The notes beneath the pieces were generated by a model. That model did not search any database and had not been told where the DNA came from. It saw only the letters and a program-made list of their open reading frames with translations. A stretch of DNA of 55,093 bases, the filler included, from Jimgerdemannia flammicorona (taxonomy: Eukaryota), in NCBI GenBank assembly GCA_003990765.1. It is 3 parts of 3 records of this genome, joined end to end, with 100 filler letters (N's around TTAATTAATTAA, not from the genome) between each part and the next. Parts side by side here need not be neighbours in the genome. Positions count along the whole stretch, not along the records: positions 1 to 18,299 come from RBNJ01002245.1; 2 more parts are not named here. The stretch is one strand, 5' to 3'. Shown here one piece after another: positions 1-12,320 of this stretch. Every line of letters starts with the position of its first letter. The stretch's first letter is position 1. The translations under genes and the position numbers were made by a program.

Positions 1-163
1 CTACCCCTTCTCGACAAAAAACCACTTTATCCAACACCATTGCCACCCACCCACTACTCTGCACACAGATCCCTTCCACCAGACTGCGACGATGCCTACC
101 CTGCTGTCCCCACCCAACCCACCACCCTGTCAGCAGATCTGTCACCAACTCCTCCCATCTTAA
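1..163 (-). repeat. Fragment of a dispersed repeat, probably the 3' part of LINE ORF2
   Basis: Aligns by eye with 36800-36965 (accactttatc...cagcagatct...catcttaa). The G-rich minus strand resembles the LINE coding strand at 12746-17660. Confidence 0.4.
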
Positions 164-324
164 GATATCTGTCTTATAGTTATAATGACTCATAGTTAGT
201 TATTATTACTTATCTTATAGCCTAGATGAGTTATGCTATATGATCTTCTTATACTCTAATCTGGTGGCTTGTAAGAAAAGGCTGTCTCCTGTAATAATGT
301 CACCATTCTGTAGTTACTATTACA
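160..324 (-). repeat. 3' LTR of family A, truncated
   Basis: Matches 6310-6471 and about 48210-48382. Preceded on minus by the PPT aggaagaaga. Confidence 0.85.
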
Positions 325-639
325 TCTTCTTCCTAAATAAGGATCTTCTTTTGAACATTCTTATTCATTAGTCTAGTCTGAAAAATTTGCTAACTGGCAG
401 AGGGTCAAAAAGTAGTATTTATAGACTAGTATCTTTCTTATATATTTTGGCATAATGGTGAAGAGTCACTTCCTTCATATAGAGCAAGGGCCTAATTCTG
501 ATCTTGATCAATCAGTTAATAGTTCAAACTTCTCTGGCTTCAAAAGTCTCACAGATAAGTAGAGAATGATCTAGATAGATTGTCTGCTAGTCATAAGATA
601 TACTGTTATAATTTATAGACTAGAACCTCATAAGTAGTC

Positions 640-1760
640 ATTATGTTTTATTTCTCTTATATAGGTTTATAGTATTTCTTAAGTCTGTTCTTGTATACCA
701 TAGTAGGCAGTATAGTTTCTGAGAGTTTTCTAAGTCAGAAGGTAGTTCTCTTGATCTTACACATAGAAGAGTCCTTTCTATTTAGGCTCCAGTTTTTGTA
801 ACTATAAGACATCTACTATATTTCAATATAATAGAACCTTTTCTCTAATTTAAATGGGTTCTAGGATCTTATGATTCTTTTCTGTATTCTTTCTTATTAG
901 TGCTTATAACTTGATGATATAATCTTCTGTCTTTTTTCTGATTTGGTATAGTCTCTAGATTTCTGAGTCAATCTATTACTAAGTTAGATCTAGATTTGTA
1001 GCTGAGGTTTCATCAGAATCTTCTTCTCCAAAGAACAGTTCTCTTGGGGTAAAGTGTGTACTCTATGATCATATATCTCATAGGATAGAGAGGACAGTTG
1101 AGAGGTAGTTATTCTAATTCTCATATGTTTTTGAGATCTTGGCCAAGATGTTCTTGAGGGTCTTATTGATTCTTTTGGTCTATTTATTTCCTTGAAGATG
1201 ATATGCAGTAGTCTTGATTTACTGAATCTTATATTTCTGATATATTATCTCATAGAATCTGTTGACAAATTCTATGTCACAGTCTGTAGTAATTTGTTTT
1301 GGTGTCTTGTAGTGGCAGATAATTTCTTAATATAGGAAGTTAGTAATAGAGAGAGTATTGGCTTCTTATAATGCTCCTGCTTCTATCTATTTGGTAAAGA
1401 GGTCTATAATAACTATAATATAGTGGTTTCTTAATAGTGTTACTGGTAGTAGTCCAATAATATCTATTGTGATATAGTGGAAGGAGATAGGCTCAATTAT
1501 TGATGACCTGGGTACCTGATCTTACTGATCTTATTTTTGTTTTTGATACTTGTCACACTCTTTGACAAATTGGTACAGGTCTTCTTCTATCTTAGGCCAC
1601 TACATAGTTCTTCTTACCTTATCATATATATTGGTTCCTCCTAGGTATCCTTGTTCATATACTTCCTTTATTACTTAATACTTCTTATATTTAGATATTA
1701 TGAGTTTTTCTTCTTTTCTGAATATAGTGTTGTCTAGTTCAAATTGTTTTCAAGTCTGGT
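640..1760 (-). pseudogene. Integrase of Gypsy A
   Basis: Minus translation gives GYLGGTN...WPKIEEDLYQFVKECDKYQK (degenerate HHCC region), IDIIGLLPV, YHLQGNK and RTHLN (GPF-like remnant), with many stops. Confidence 0.8.
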
Positions 1761-1879
1761 TGATGATGGTGATAGTCTAGGATTTGAGGTAGTTAGGTAT
1801 CTTCTACTGCTCAAGATAGCTAATTAATCCATAGTATAGCTCCTTATTCATATTAAGTAGTCTTGATGGGGGTATTTCA

Positions 1880-3230
1880 GAATATCCTTGAGAGTATATC
1901 AATATTGGCATTGGTTCTTCCTGAGTAGTGTTTGACAGTACAGTCATACTCTTATAGTCTGTAGATCTATCTGGTATATATTTCTTTGATGTTTAGAGTG
2001 TGGAATAGCCAGGTGAGAGCAGAGTAGTCTGTTTGAATAGTAAAGTATTTTCTGGCTAGGTAGTAGTGAAACTTGTCTACTGCTTAGTCTACTGCTAAGT
2101 ATTCAATCTTGCATGACTTATAGTTCTGTTCTGCTCTATAGATATCTTGATTTATATAAGAGATGACATATTTATGTCCATCTTTCTTCTAAGCTAGCAT
2201 GGCTCTAAGTCTTATAGTACTTACATCTGTCTGCAGGATGAACTCTAGGTTCCAATCTGATCTTCTGAGAATGGGTACTTAAGTTAACCTGGTCTTGAGT
2301 TCATTGAAGGTTTCTTGATATTTTTTGGTCTATTCAAATTTGGTCTCCTTCTTCAGTAGCTTGTAGATAGGTACTGCAATATTAGAGTATTCTTTGATAA
2401 ATCTTCTATAGTAGGATGTCAGTCCAAGAAAGGCATGGACTTCTATAGTTGTTCTGAATCTTGAATAGACTGCAACAGCCTCAATCTTCATAGGGTCTGT
2501 ATGAATTCCAGTCTGATTGATAATGTGCTCTAGGTAGACAATTTCTTGAGCTACAAACTTATACTTTTTAGACTTGATATAGAGGCCATGCTCCTTGAGT
2601 TTCTTGAGGGCTAACTATATATAGTTGATATGTTTCTGTGTAGTATTGCTGAAGATGATCACATTATCAATATAAACAAAGAGCTATTTTCCAATCTCAT
2701 TGCTGAAGACTCTGTTTATCATTTACTGAAAACTTACTGGGGTATTGTATATTCCAAATAGCATTTGCAGGTAGACATAGGTAGTATTAAGTATAATGAA
2801 GGCTGATTTCTCACTAGTATCTTGAGTGAGATCAATCTGATAGAAGCCTGAGAACAGATCCAAGGTAGTGTAGTATTTGGCTTTGCTTTTAAAGATAGTA
2901 AGAATTTCTTGAATATTTGGCAAGGACTGCATATCTTTCTTGGTAATTATATTGAGCTTCTTGTAATCAATACAGAGTCTTAAGGCAAACTCTCCAGACT
3001 TGTTTCCTTTCTTTGAGGTGAGGACAATGGGTGAAGTCCAGGAGCTAATAGCTTGCTTAATGATATCAGCTTCTTCTATTTCCTTGAGTTCTGCTTACAG
3101 CAATTTTCTATAGATAAGTAGTATAGGTCTGACTTTCTGGTAGATGGGCTTGGTATCACTAGTATCAACTTCATAGTAGTACTTGAATTCTTAATTATAG
3201 ATATCTCTGAAGTCTGTGGCAAGTACTCCT
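1880..3230 (-). pseudogene. Reverse transcriptase + RNase H of Gypsy A
   Basis: SWTSPIVL, LRLCIDYKKLN, YYTTLDLFSGFYQI (ORF 2723-2932), YIDNVIIFS (degenerate YxDD), AFLGLTSYYRRFIK, FILQTDVS, QTDYSALTWL. Confidence 0.92.
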
Positions 3231-3339
3231 TCATTCTAGTATAGGATTTTGAGAAGTTGTTCTTCTAGAGAAAAGTTTTCTCTAATATTATATATGTACT
3301 TATTCTGATTCTTATTTTTCTTGTACTTGAGTTCAGTAA

Positions 3340-3760
3340 TCTTGGTGATAGCATAGACTCCTCTTCCAGTAGATCCAAAGCCTTGTTCTCCTCTCTTAGT
3401 CTTGATGAGTTTGATGGCTTCAGTGATCTTAGGCTTCTTGACTTCATGTATCAGCATCTGGCCAATCCTATTATACTTCTTAACTCCAAATAGGGTGGTG
3501 GAGTTGTAATTCCTAACTATAAGGAAGATCTCATCAGTATAATTAGGGTCAATGACTTCTCCTTTAACTGAGATTTCACTTTTGGCCAGACTGCTGGTCT
3601 TGATAATTCTGGTATGGTTCTCTAGTAACTTGACTTCAGTGCCAAGTAGAGTAATAGTTTGTAGTTCAAGGATAGTATCTTGAATACTGGCAAGGTCCAT
3701 TTCTATGGCTTCTTCAGTCTTATATTCTGGGATCTTGGCTTCAGAATGAAACTTCTTAAC
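3340..3760 (-). pseudogene. Trimeric dUTPase domain between protease and RT
   Basis: ORF 3236-3700 has DLAS (motif 1), TSSLA (motif 2), GEVIDPNYTDEI (motif 3), IGQMLI (motif 4) and RGEQGFGSTG (motif 5). Confidence 0.92.
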
Positions 3761-4129
3761 TATGAGAGTGATATCTGGTTCTTATTCCTCCTCATCATCA
3801 CAATTAGCTTGAAGCTCTGGAGACTGGTCATCTTCTTTGGCTTTTCTTTTTACTTCAGCAGCTTCTTGCTCATACTTTTGTTGATGGATTTTTCTGACTT
3901 CACTGATACAGGATCAGCAGTTATTCAGGTATTCAGAGCAGTATATCTTAGCACTATGAGGGCATCTTTCTTGAGAGATATAGTCATCAATGATCTTATT
4001 ATATTACTACTCATCTGTAAGCTTAGTTGTCTTGCTCTTGTTCTTATATACTGAGTGCATAAAGACTTCTATATCTTCTTTATCTTCTTTCTCTATATAT
4101 GGTAGTACTCTTTTATAAATATTAATAGA

Positions 4130-4480
4130 GACTCATACCTTTCTTTCTCTATAGTTGATCTGCATCTTCTAGGCATTGAGGTCAATGATAGTCTTAACCT
4201 TATGAAGCCATTGGTTGCCAATGAGAATATTATAGTTAGTAGTACTTGTAATGATCACATCTACTGAGATAGTAGCTCCTCCAATCTTGATGAAGACTTC
4301 TTAGATCTTACCTAAAGGGATAGCTTATATATTATCTACTGTGATATAGACTATTTTGATGAACTCTTCAATGTCCCAGCCTAGGCAGTCAATTGTCTTC
4401 TTGCTCATAAGATATTCTCCAGCACTGGTATCAATGATAATAATTTTCAATCTGATATTGAGTATAGGCAGAGGTCTTGC
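4130..4480 (-). pseudogene. Retropepsin-type aspartic protease of Gypsy A
   Basis: IIIIDTSAGEYLMSKK (DTG degenerate to DTS), and NILIGNQWLHKVKTIIDLN downstream. Confidence 0.8.
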
Positions 4481-4699
4481 ACTGATCTTCAGATTCTTCA
4501 TCTGTATCTTCTTATTCATCTTCTTATGTATTGTGAGCTTCTATGATCTTGTACTCTTGGTTCTTGATAGTAGTTATAAGTCCTACTCTCAACTGCTATC
4601 TGAAGGTAGAGACTTCTTCTATTGTCTGAAAGTAGTATTGATCTTCTGTTTCTTAAGATCCTTATAGATATCATACTGGTGGACTTTGGTCTTATACAG

Positions 4700-5900
4700 C
4701 TTCTGTTCTTTCTTACTTTTGCTTTCTTCTGAGACTAGAGTATATCTTTAATAATTTTATGGGCAGCTTCATCTAACTCTATGTCTTGATCAATCTCCTC
4801 AGATTGGATCTTACTTTGAATAGTAATAGCTAGAGTCTTCTTTAGTCTTCTAACTAGCTTACTATTACTCTTCTTATCATAAAGCTTAGATCATATTCTG
4901 GTAAGTTTAGTAACAGAGTAGAATTCAGACTTCTTAAGGTACTCTTCATTATTAGTATCACCAATCTCCTCAATGACTACTATATTGATATTCTGATAGC
5001 ATTACTTAGTTGGGCTCTGCACCTTGTTTTTGGTCATGTAATTCTTTGCATAGTGGTCTTCTTCTCCATATTTGAAATATATAATGGTACATTCCTCTGT
5101 AGTGACTGCAAACTTCTGCACTAATCTTCTGTTAGTACTTTATACTTCTCTAACAATATCATCAAAGTATTCAGTCATCTTGGCAAACTGCTGGATGAGT
5201 TTCTCTACTAAGTTAGCTTTAGCTATCTTGGGGATAGGTGGAGATAGTTGTCTGTTAATGACTGTGGTGGATATGATATTGATTGGCTTTAATGGCTCCA
5301 TCTTGATGCTAGTTATTCTTTTCATTGAGTTTTCAGCAGGGTGTCTAGTAGTCCAATATCTCTATAAAGACCACTTTCAGATCAAGAGTTAGAGCAGCTG
5401 AGATAGACTGGATTGCTAGAGCAATTTTATAATAAACTTTTTTTAGGAAGATTGAATTAGCTATCTATTCCTTAAAAGTATTATTATAACTAGCCAAGAT
5501 AATCTAATGACAGATTCAGATATAGAATGAGTTGGGATCTTCACTAAGTCTCTGGTAGATAGTATTAAATTGATCTTTAAAAGCTTACTTGATTCTTTAG
5601 TATAATATGTAGTTCTGAGGAAATTCTTTATATTGATAAGTTTGGCTGTACTAGCATTAGTAATAGTAGCTATATTGAACTTATCTCTGGTAGGTTCCCT
5701 GAGGCTGACTAGTTGAAGGGCCAATTGTATATCCATAGTGAGAGCTTATACAGTAGCAAATTTTTCAAAGTCTTCAATGAAGATCAGGATTGACTCTTCA
5801 GTAGTAAATCTATAGAATATAGAGGGATATATTTCTATCTTATCTTGAGTTCTTATAGGGGGTGACTCTTATAGTCAGGGTAGTTATTATAGTAGTTCAT
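4700..5900 (-). pseudogene. gag of Gypsy A
   Basis: ATG at 5900, EESILIFIEDFEKFA capsid-like start, and a zinc knuckle near 5040-5080 reading YFKYGEEDHYAKNY (Cys>Tyr by G>A). Confidence 0.75.
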
Positions 5901-5956
5901 TTTTTAGCTTAAAAGTGAGAGATTTGTTTTGAATTACCAGCTAATAAGTACTAAGT

Positions 5957-6471
5957 TGTCACATAGTAGGTACTGAGTCCTTTAAATATGTCAGATTCTC
6001 TTCAAGATATATCTCTTAGACTAAATACAAGTTTGTTATAAGCAAGTTCTTATTGGAGTACCTTTCTAAGGTCTTATAGTTCTTAATATTTTTATTTTTA
6101 AACTGTCTTGTTATCTCTTAGATTGCTTACATAGAATTGAGTATAAGTGAACTGAGGAAACTGAGAGAACTTGGTAGTTCCTGGACCTTGAGGTTTGGCA
6201 GGCAGTAGGTGTTTTTGTTTATTGTGAGTCTTTGAACTATTTTGGGATTTATGAGTCTTATTTGAGTTACTACTACTGTAGTTTCTTAGTTTTTCTTTTA
6301 TATTTCTTGAGATATCTATCTTATGGTTATGATGACTCATAGTTAGTCATCATTACTCATCTTATAGCCTAAGTGAGTTATACCCTATGATCTTCTTATG
6401 CTCTGATTTAGTAACTTATAAGAAAAAGCTATCACTTATAATAATATCACTATTCTGAGATCACCATTACA
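5957..6471 (-). repeat. 5' LTR of family A, internally deleted form
   Basis: Ends are tgtcac...ttaca. Colinear with 46807-47015 plus 48087-48382 but lacks the 1.07 kb between them. The left boundary is tentative. Confidence 0.7.
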
Positions 6472-6507
6472 ATATACTGTAATAAGTAAATACTATAGTA
6501 TATACAG

Positions 6508-7697
6508 CTCCTTTCTCCACTACCTTACTGGTCACAAGGTTTGGTAGATGACCTTCTGAGTCCCCTTTCCTCTATTATTACCCCCTCTACCTCAGGTTGG
6601 TTTGCTGTACCTGCAGGGGCATGGTGGGAGGAGGGCAATGGTGATGAGTTGCCCCTTTATTGGTGTCAGATCGGTGCTTCCTCCACTTTTTTGTGGATTC
6701 TGGTGTCTTCGGCTGCATCTGGGGTGTACCCGTTTTGGTGCGGCGCCTTCTTCCTTTTGCTGTCACCAACAAGATATTGTCTCAGTATATCTCAGGCTAC
6801 ATAGGGAGTCGGCTGACCTTGGGCATCAAGTGCTCAGTGTAGGTTATCTGCAGGTCCTCGGTATCTGTGGTGCAGCCCTCTGGCTTTGGCGAGCTTCCCA
6901 GCGAGCATGGTTCTGGTGTAGGTGACTGCTTTTCGGGTGTTGTCGGGATGGGAGGGGAGATGGCCATCACAGATAGGTGGAAGGGCATTTATGGTGGACC
7001 AGTAGGGTGCCAGGCTGGGGGCGGTCATCGGGGCTGGGGCAGGTGCTGCTTCGGTGGGGTCTTTTGATTGATGCGGTGTAGTTAGGTGGTAGGTATCACT
7101 ATTGGCTTCCTTTGGCGGTCAGTGGGGTTGGGCCCCAGTCATCAGGGGGGGTCAGAAGGCCCGAGGCTATCCATTTCAGGCATCTTGGCTGCACTCAACT
7201 GGAACCGAGAGCTGACATGGCAATATGATCAAGGCCTGCAGGCTTGAGTAATGGGGTATTGGGGGTTTCCTCCCACCTCACATGTAAGTCCTTTACTCAC
7301 CTCAACTGAGAGAACCAGGCCCTATCCACCGTGTTGTGCTTTGATGAGAGTTTTTATTTGCCTATCATTCTCTTTGGGGTGGCAGGGGCTATTCTATTTG
7401 GCTCGAGTATGGCCTTATACATATGTTGGGTTCTCAGGTGTGTGCTTTTGGTCATTAGCATATGGTTGGGTTTCCCCTGGTGGTAGGGAGAGTATGGTGC
7501 ACAGAATGAGGTGTGGGCCAACATAGGCCCTGCTGCACCTAGCATGGTCGAGCTGCTGGACAATAGCTAGCCTAGGTTAATGGGGGGGCAGTGCTTGGTG
7601 GGTGGTGGGGGAGGGTTTTGGCCTATATAGTTTAGGTTCCCTTCTAATAAAAATCTGTGGGACATGAGTCTGTTAAAAAAAAAAAAAAAAAAAAAAA
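6508..7697 (+). mobile_element. Non-autonomous poly(A) retroposon (about 1.17 kb), copy 1
   Basis: AATAAA near 7645, poly(A) at 7675-7697, and a 17-bp TSD ctatagtata(ta)[c/t]agct at 6493-6509 and 7698-7714. Further copies at 18400-19573 and 54470-55029. Confidence 0.88.
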
Positions 7698-7859
7698 CTA
7701 TAGTATATATAGCTAGATAATATAAATCAGTTAAGCTGATCTTTGATAGAATACTTATTTATATAAAATATTTATTCTATATAAGAATACTCATTTTTTA
7801 GAAAAATAAGTAGTTATATCTCTTCTAAATTAACTTAACTACATATTTTATAATTATCT

Positions 7860-8200
7860 AAATAACAATCAAATAGTAATTATACTTATATAAAATACTC
7901 TAAAGATTTGAGTAAATAAACCTCAGTCTGAAAAGTTAAAGAAAAAGTAAAAGATAAATCTATCTATAATATACTTTAAGAGATATACTGTCAAGAGTTA
8001 CTTAATCTAAGAAAAGAATTATAATACTTAGAAGAAATTTTTACTTTGAAGTCACTATTAAGAAGATTATGAGCTTTATTCTCTTTTCTATTTTAGTCTA
8101 CCTTCTGATATAAAAAAGTCTACTATTTTGATCTACTTATCAGACAATATCTGAAGAACTCTAAGATACTTACTACTTTGAGAAATCTGCTAATTACTAT
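7860..8200 (+). repeat. LTR fragment, family B
   Basis: gagtaaataaacctcagtctgaaaagtt and its flanks are the reverse complement of 30730-30960. Confidence 0.65.
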
Positions 8201-8468
8201 ATTATATAAAATCTATACCTATTAAGAAAACTACAGAAATTATTTATATTATGTGGATAAGAAGAACCTATATCTATTTCTGAAAGATCTATAGAACTAT
8301 TAAATTTTTATTATTTTTGATAAAATAACTAAGGGCTCAAGCCAATCTATATAACAGGTTCTAATCTTATAATTTGTTTTTATTGAACTAGCATATTATA
8401 TTTAGAGGCTTAACTGAGAAGATTTTTGAAATCTATTATAAAGTAGTAGACACTTACTCTTGAAAGTA

Positions 8469-8888
8469 TGTCAGATTTCTGTATATTGAAAACTTGACTG
8501 TTCTGACTCTCACAGAGTCTCTGGAGTTGCAGGGGAGGGTGGGTGAGTTCAAACTGTATCTGCCCACAGACTTATTAGTTTCTTTGCTATCTCTTCACTT
8601 TGAACTATTTCAATCTGAGGTTTATTCATTTATATAAGTTTTGCTAACTATAAGGTGGCTAAGTAATGACTCATTTCACAAGTGTTGAATTTTTTAACAT
8701 CTGCTAAGATTTTGCTGATTGCGAAGATTCTAACATCTTCTAAATCTTTGCAAATATTAAAGTTTCTGCACTTTGTAGAATGTGGCTGCTATTTATGAAG
8801 CTAAGCTATATTGGGAATCAGATTCAGATACTGCAATCAAATGTCTAATTCCCCTATTTCATGTTACTAATTCGGATCAGCTGTCACA
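8469..8888 (-). repeat. Possible solo LTR
   Basis: tgtcag...gtcaca ends and an internal ctgaggtttattca...tatataagtt TATA/poly(A) core. No TSD found. Confidence 0.4.
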
Positions 8889-8899
8889 CTATATAACTT

Positions 8900-9636
8900 T
8901 TCATCTTATAGAATCTAATAGACAAACTAGATATATTTGACCTAGCACTAATCTCTGCTACTATAAGAGAAAGAATTATCAGTAGTATTTGGACAAGAAG
9001 AGAGTAATTATCTCTAGATTAGCTAACTATCTACTATTAGAAAGATCTTAAGAGAAAGCTAGCACTGTCTAGAATTCTCTACTATTAGTCTGATCACTAA
9101 ATCTATATCTAATAAATATATCTAAAGTATCTACAGACCTACTACTAAGAGATCTGACTCAGTCAAACCAACTAGATAATACAGATAACTCTATCTAAAA
9201 CTTTGATAAACTTGTATAAGAACTTGAAGATCTCATTATCTATTTTTAATTCTTCTTAAAAATTCTACCTACTTTACTTCTATCTAGACCAGCAATCTCT
9301 CAAGTTCAGTATCTTTAAGAATACTAAGAATTATATCTATATTCTAGAGACTAAGTATTTACTTCTCAACTTTCAGTAGCTCAACCAGATTCAGTATACT
9401 TATAGAAACTACTCCAGAAATAGACTTAGATCAGAAACTTAAAAAGAACTAGAAGATAGTAATAATAAAATAACAGTACTATTATTTATATTTATAGAAT
9501 ATTTAGAAGAAGACCCAATGGAATTCTTAGATACTTTTAAAGAAATTATAGCTCTAAAAGATCATACTCCTAGAAGACAAATTGTTATCTTTAAAGCATA
9601 ATTAAGAGAATCAGCTAAAGGAATCTTTACCAGTAC
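8900..9636 (+). pseudogene. Gypsy gag fragment related to family B
   Basis: FIEYLEEDPMEFLDTFK near 9490-9545 resembles FTGYPEEDPRKFL near 29500. The upstream leader resembles 29550-30030. Confidence 0.6.
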
Positions 9637-9964
9637 TAGTATTCCTAAATAAATCAAATCAAATCAAATTAGAGATTTATTAATTTGAATAAAGTTTGAA
9701 TTGAATCAAATTCAAATCAAATTGAAGATCTGATTTAAACTCTATTTTTTGAAATATAATAACTTAATAAAAATATATCTAAATTTAATAATCTTTAGTT
9801 TGTTAGATTTCTTTTATATATATAAGAGAATCTAATAAGTTAAAGATTATTAAATTTAGATATATTTTCATCAAGTTATTATATTTTGAAAAATTAGATT
9901 TAAATTAAATTTCAAATTAAATTGAATTAGATCTTTAATTTGATTTAATTAATTAGAAGTATTA
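9637..9964. mobile_element. MITE-like element with imperfect TIRs and (ATCAA/ATTTG)n arms
   Basis: Start tagtattcctaaataaatcaaat versus reverse complement of the end taatacttctaattaattaaatcaaat. Related element at 49520-49801. Confidence 0.65.
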
Positions 9965-9999
9965 ACTAGAATATTAAATAACCTAAACTCTGATCTAAA

Positions 10000-10483
10000 A
10001 CAAGTTTTAGCTATTATAAACTATTAGTAATAAGAGTGAATAAATCTCAGTCTGAAAAGTTTTAAAGCAAAAGATAAGTCTGTCTAATATACTTCAAGAG
10101 ATATATCTGCTAAAAGCTACTTAATCTAGGAAGAATTATAATACTTAAGAGAAATATCTGCTCTATAATCACTACTTAAGATATTGTAAACTTCTCATTT
10201 CTACTCTAGTCTACTTTCTGATATAAAGAAGAGAAGTCTGTCATCTCTTATCTAAGCCAGTCAACTAGATACATCTTTATAGTAAATTTATTCAGATAAA
10301 TAAAACAGTCAATTGATATAACTTTACCAAGAGAAGTCTGCTGATTTTGGTCTGCTTACTAGATTAAGTTTAAATTTAAAAAATCTGTTATATTTTAGTA
10401 TACTTGCTAGATTAAACCAGAAGAGAAATCTGATATATTAAGTATACTTACCAGATTAAGTTAGAAAAACTTAAGAAATTTAC
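10000..10483 (+). repeat. LTR fragment, family B
   Basis: agagtgaataaatctcagtctgaaaagtt; aligns with 7900-8130 and the reverse complement of 30730-30950. Confidence 0.6.
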
Positions 10484-11158
10484 TGTAATAACTCTTATTT
10501 CTACCTCTCTCTTATCCTTTAGATAATTAGGGAAACAAAGTATTACTTAGAGACTTAGTATATAATATATACTAAGAAGTCTTCAGTATAAGGAAGTACT
10601 TACTTGAAAGTAGTTATAGTAGTAGTATTCTTCTTATCAACCATAGTTGTAAGAGACTTATTCTTTACTATATATAGACTGAATTCACCTCGGAATTCAA
10701 ATTGAATAGATTTAATTAAGTCTTTGTGATTTATATATCAGTCTCAGTTTTGGCAGAAGTTAGCTAGGCTTCTAGAGTTTAGTCAGAAACACTAGAGTCA
10801 CTTAAATGTCATTACTAAGACTTAGGAGAATATATGTGTATAGAGAGAGACTTGATTCTTATATTAAGGACTAAACTAAAACTACTTTATTTCAGATATA
10901 AACTGGGGGGTATTTATACAAGTTGGTCTGCAATTTCTGACTAATTTGATAACTATGATGAGATTTGTGATCATGATCTTTATTAGATGGTTTGTAATTA
11001 GGAACACTTTGTGATCAGAACCTCTATTACTAGATAATGATCAGTTGCTGCAGTGCTAGTTGCTATAGTATTAATTATTAGAGATAAGCTGGATATCATT
11101 TATTCATATTATTTATTCATTATATTCATTATTTATATATTATATATTATATATCATA
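10484..11158 (-). repeat. LTR, family C (solo-like)
   Basis: Begins tgtaataactct; 10484-10890 is repeated at 12321-12745. TATA core ggggtatttatacaagtt near 10910. The right end is approximate. Confidence 0.65.
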
Positions 11159-11189
11159 CTTGATTATAATATCATTACTCTGGTGAAAA

Positions 11190-12310
11190 GAAAATATCAA
11201 AACTTTTGTAGACCAGGTAATTTTTTAAAGTAAGTTTCTAGGCTACTTATAATGTTGTAATATTGAAATTCTTCAATACCATTATAATATTGAGCTTTAT
11301 TTAGTCCAGCAATGCCAGATCTTTTTACCACATCAATAATATAATCTATACAGTCTACCATGGTCTTATGATAAAGCCTCTTAATCAGACCAAAGCTACT
11401 ATTACACTTGAATTTCATGTGTCTTGGTACTATGAAATTTAGCTTAATACTTTCATAATAACCAGTAATTACCAGGTATAGGTAAAATCAAAGAGTAGTG
11501 TTATTTTTATTTTATCCATCTGTATTGTCACATATAAACTTCAAATGTTTCTCACTTTTATTTAATTGCTTAATTCCATTGAAGACCAAACTAAGCATAC
11601 TATTTGGATCCTTTCCAAGCAGTTCATTCTCATCTAGTATGTAATTAATTTGCTTATGTACTGCTTCATCTTGGACACTAAACAAATGCACTTTATAAGT
11701 ACTAAGATAATACATCTTGCCAATCTGTTGATCTGAATAGGATATATGGACATTTTGGGCTCAGTCATAACTATAATGGACTATCACATTAATGCTATAA
11801 TATGGTATCTCACTATTTGCTATAGCAATGTAATAACTTTGATCAACTAGCTTTTTATATTCTTCCACCAGTTTGGTATTCCTATTATAATAGTTACGCT
11901 CTACCTTGACCTTAGTGAGATGCTCTTTATATCTCTTTAATAAGTCTTTTGTCTCTTCCTCTTTGTGAGCTTTAAATTGCAAGTCATTTTATAAATATTA
12001 ACAAGTATCATATAAATTAGTTCTTGGACTCATGTTTTGAATATGCAGAGTTAGCTAGTGTCATAATTTGTGAAATACATCATATTTGAGTATACACAAA
12101 GTACTATCTTCTTCCAGGCTGGCTAGAAAGTCCTGGTGAATAAATTTGTAGCTCATCTCTGCAGATAAAAAGATAAATGATTGAGTCATATGATTAATAT
12201 TTCTAACTGGGCTAGGCAGCCTATGTACTTTGGCATAATTCAAGAAAAAATTCTTAACAGCAATAGCAACACTTTGGTTGATCACCATTTTAGTTTTTCA
12301 CTTCAACATC
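11190..12310 (-). pseudogene. DNA transposase remnant, Sola-like DDD type
   Basis: Colinear motifs YSYD*AQNVHI...QIGKMYYLS..KVHLF, CDNTDG*NKN (DNCxGQNKN) and HMKFKCNSSFGLIK (GHTKFxxDxxFG). Confidence 0.7.
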
Positions 12311-12320
12311 CTTTTGATAT

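Larger units (their letters stand above)
160..6471 (-). mobile_element. Ty3/Gypsy LTR retrotransposon, family A (gag-PR-dUTPase-RT-RNaseH-IN), degenerate
   Basis: Direct repeats at 160-324 and 6310-6471 both end ...ttaca (TGTAA on minus). A polypurine tract lies at 325-334. Domain order read from minus-strand translations. Confidence 0.92.
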
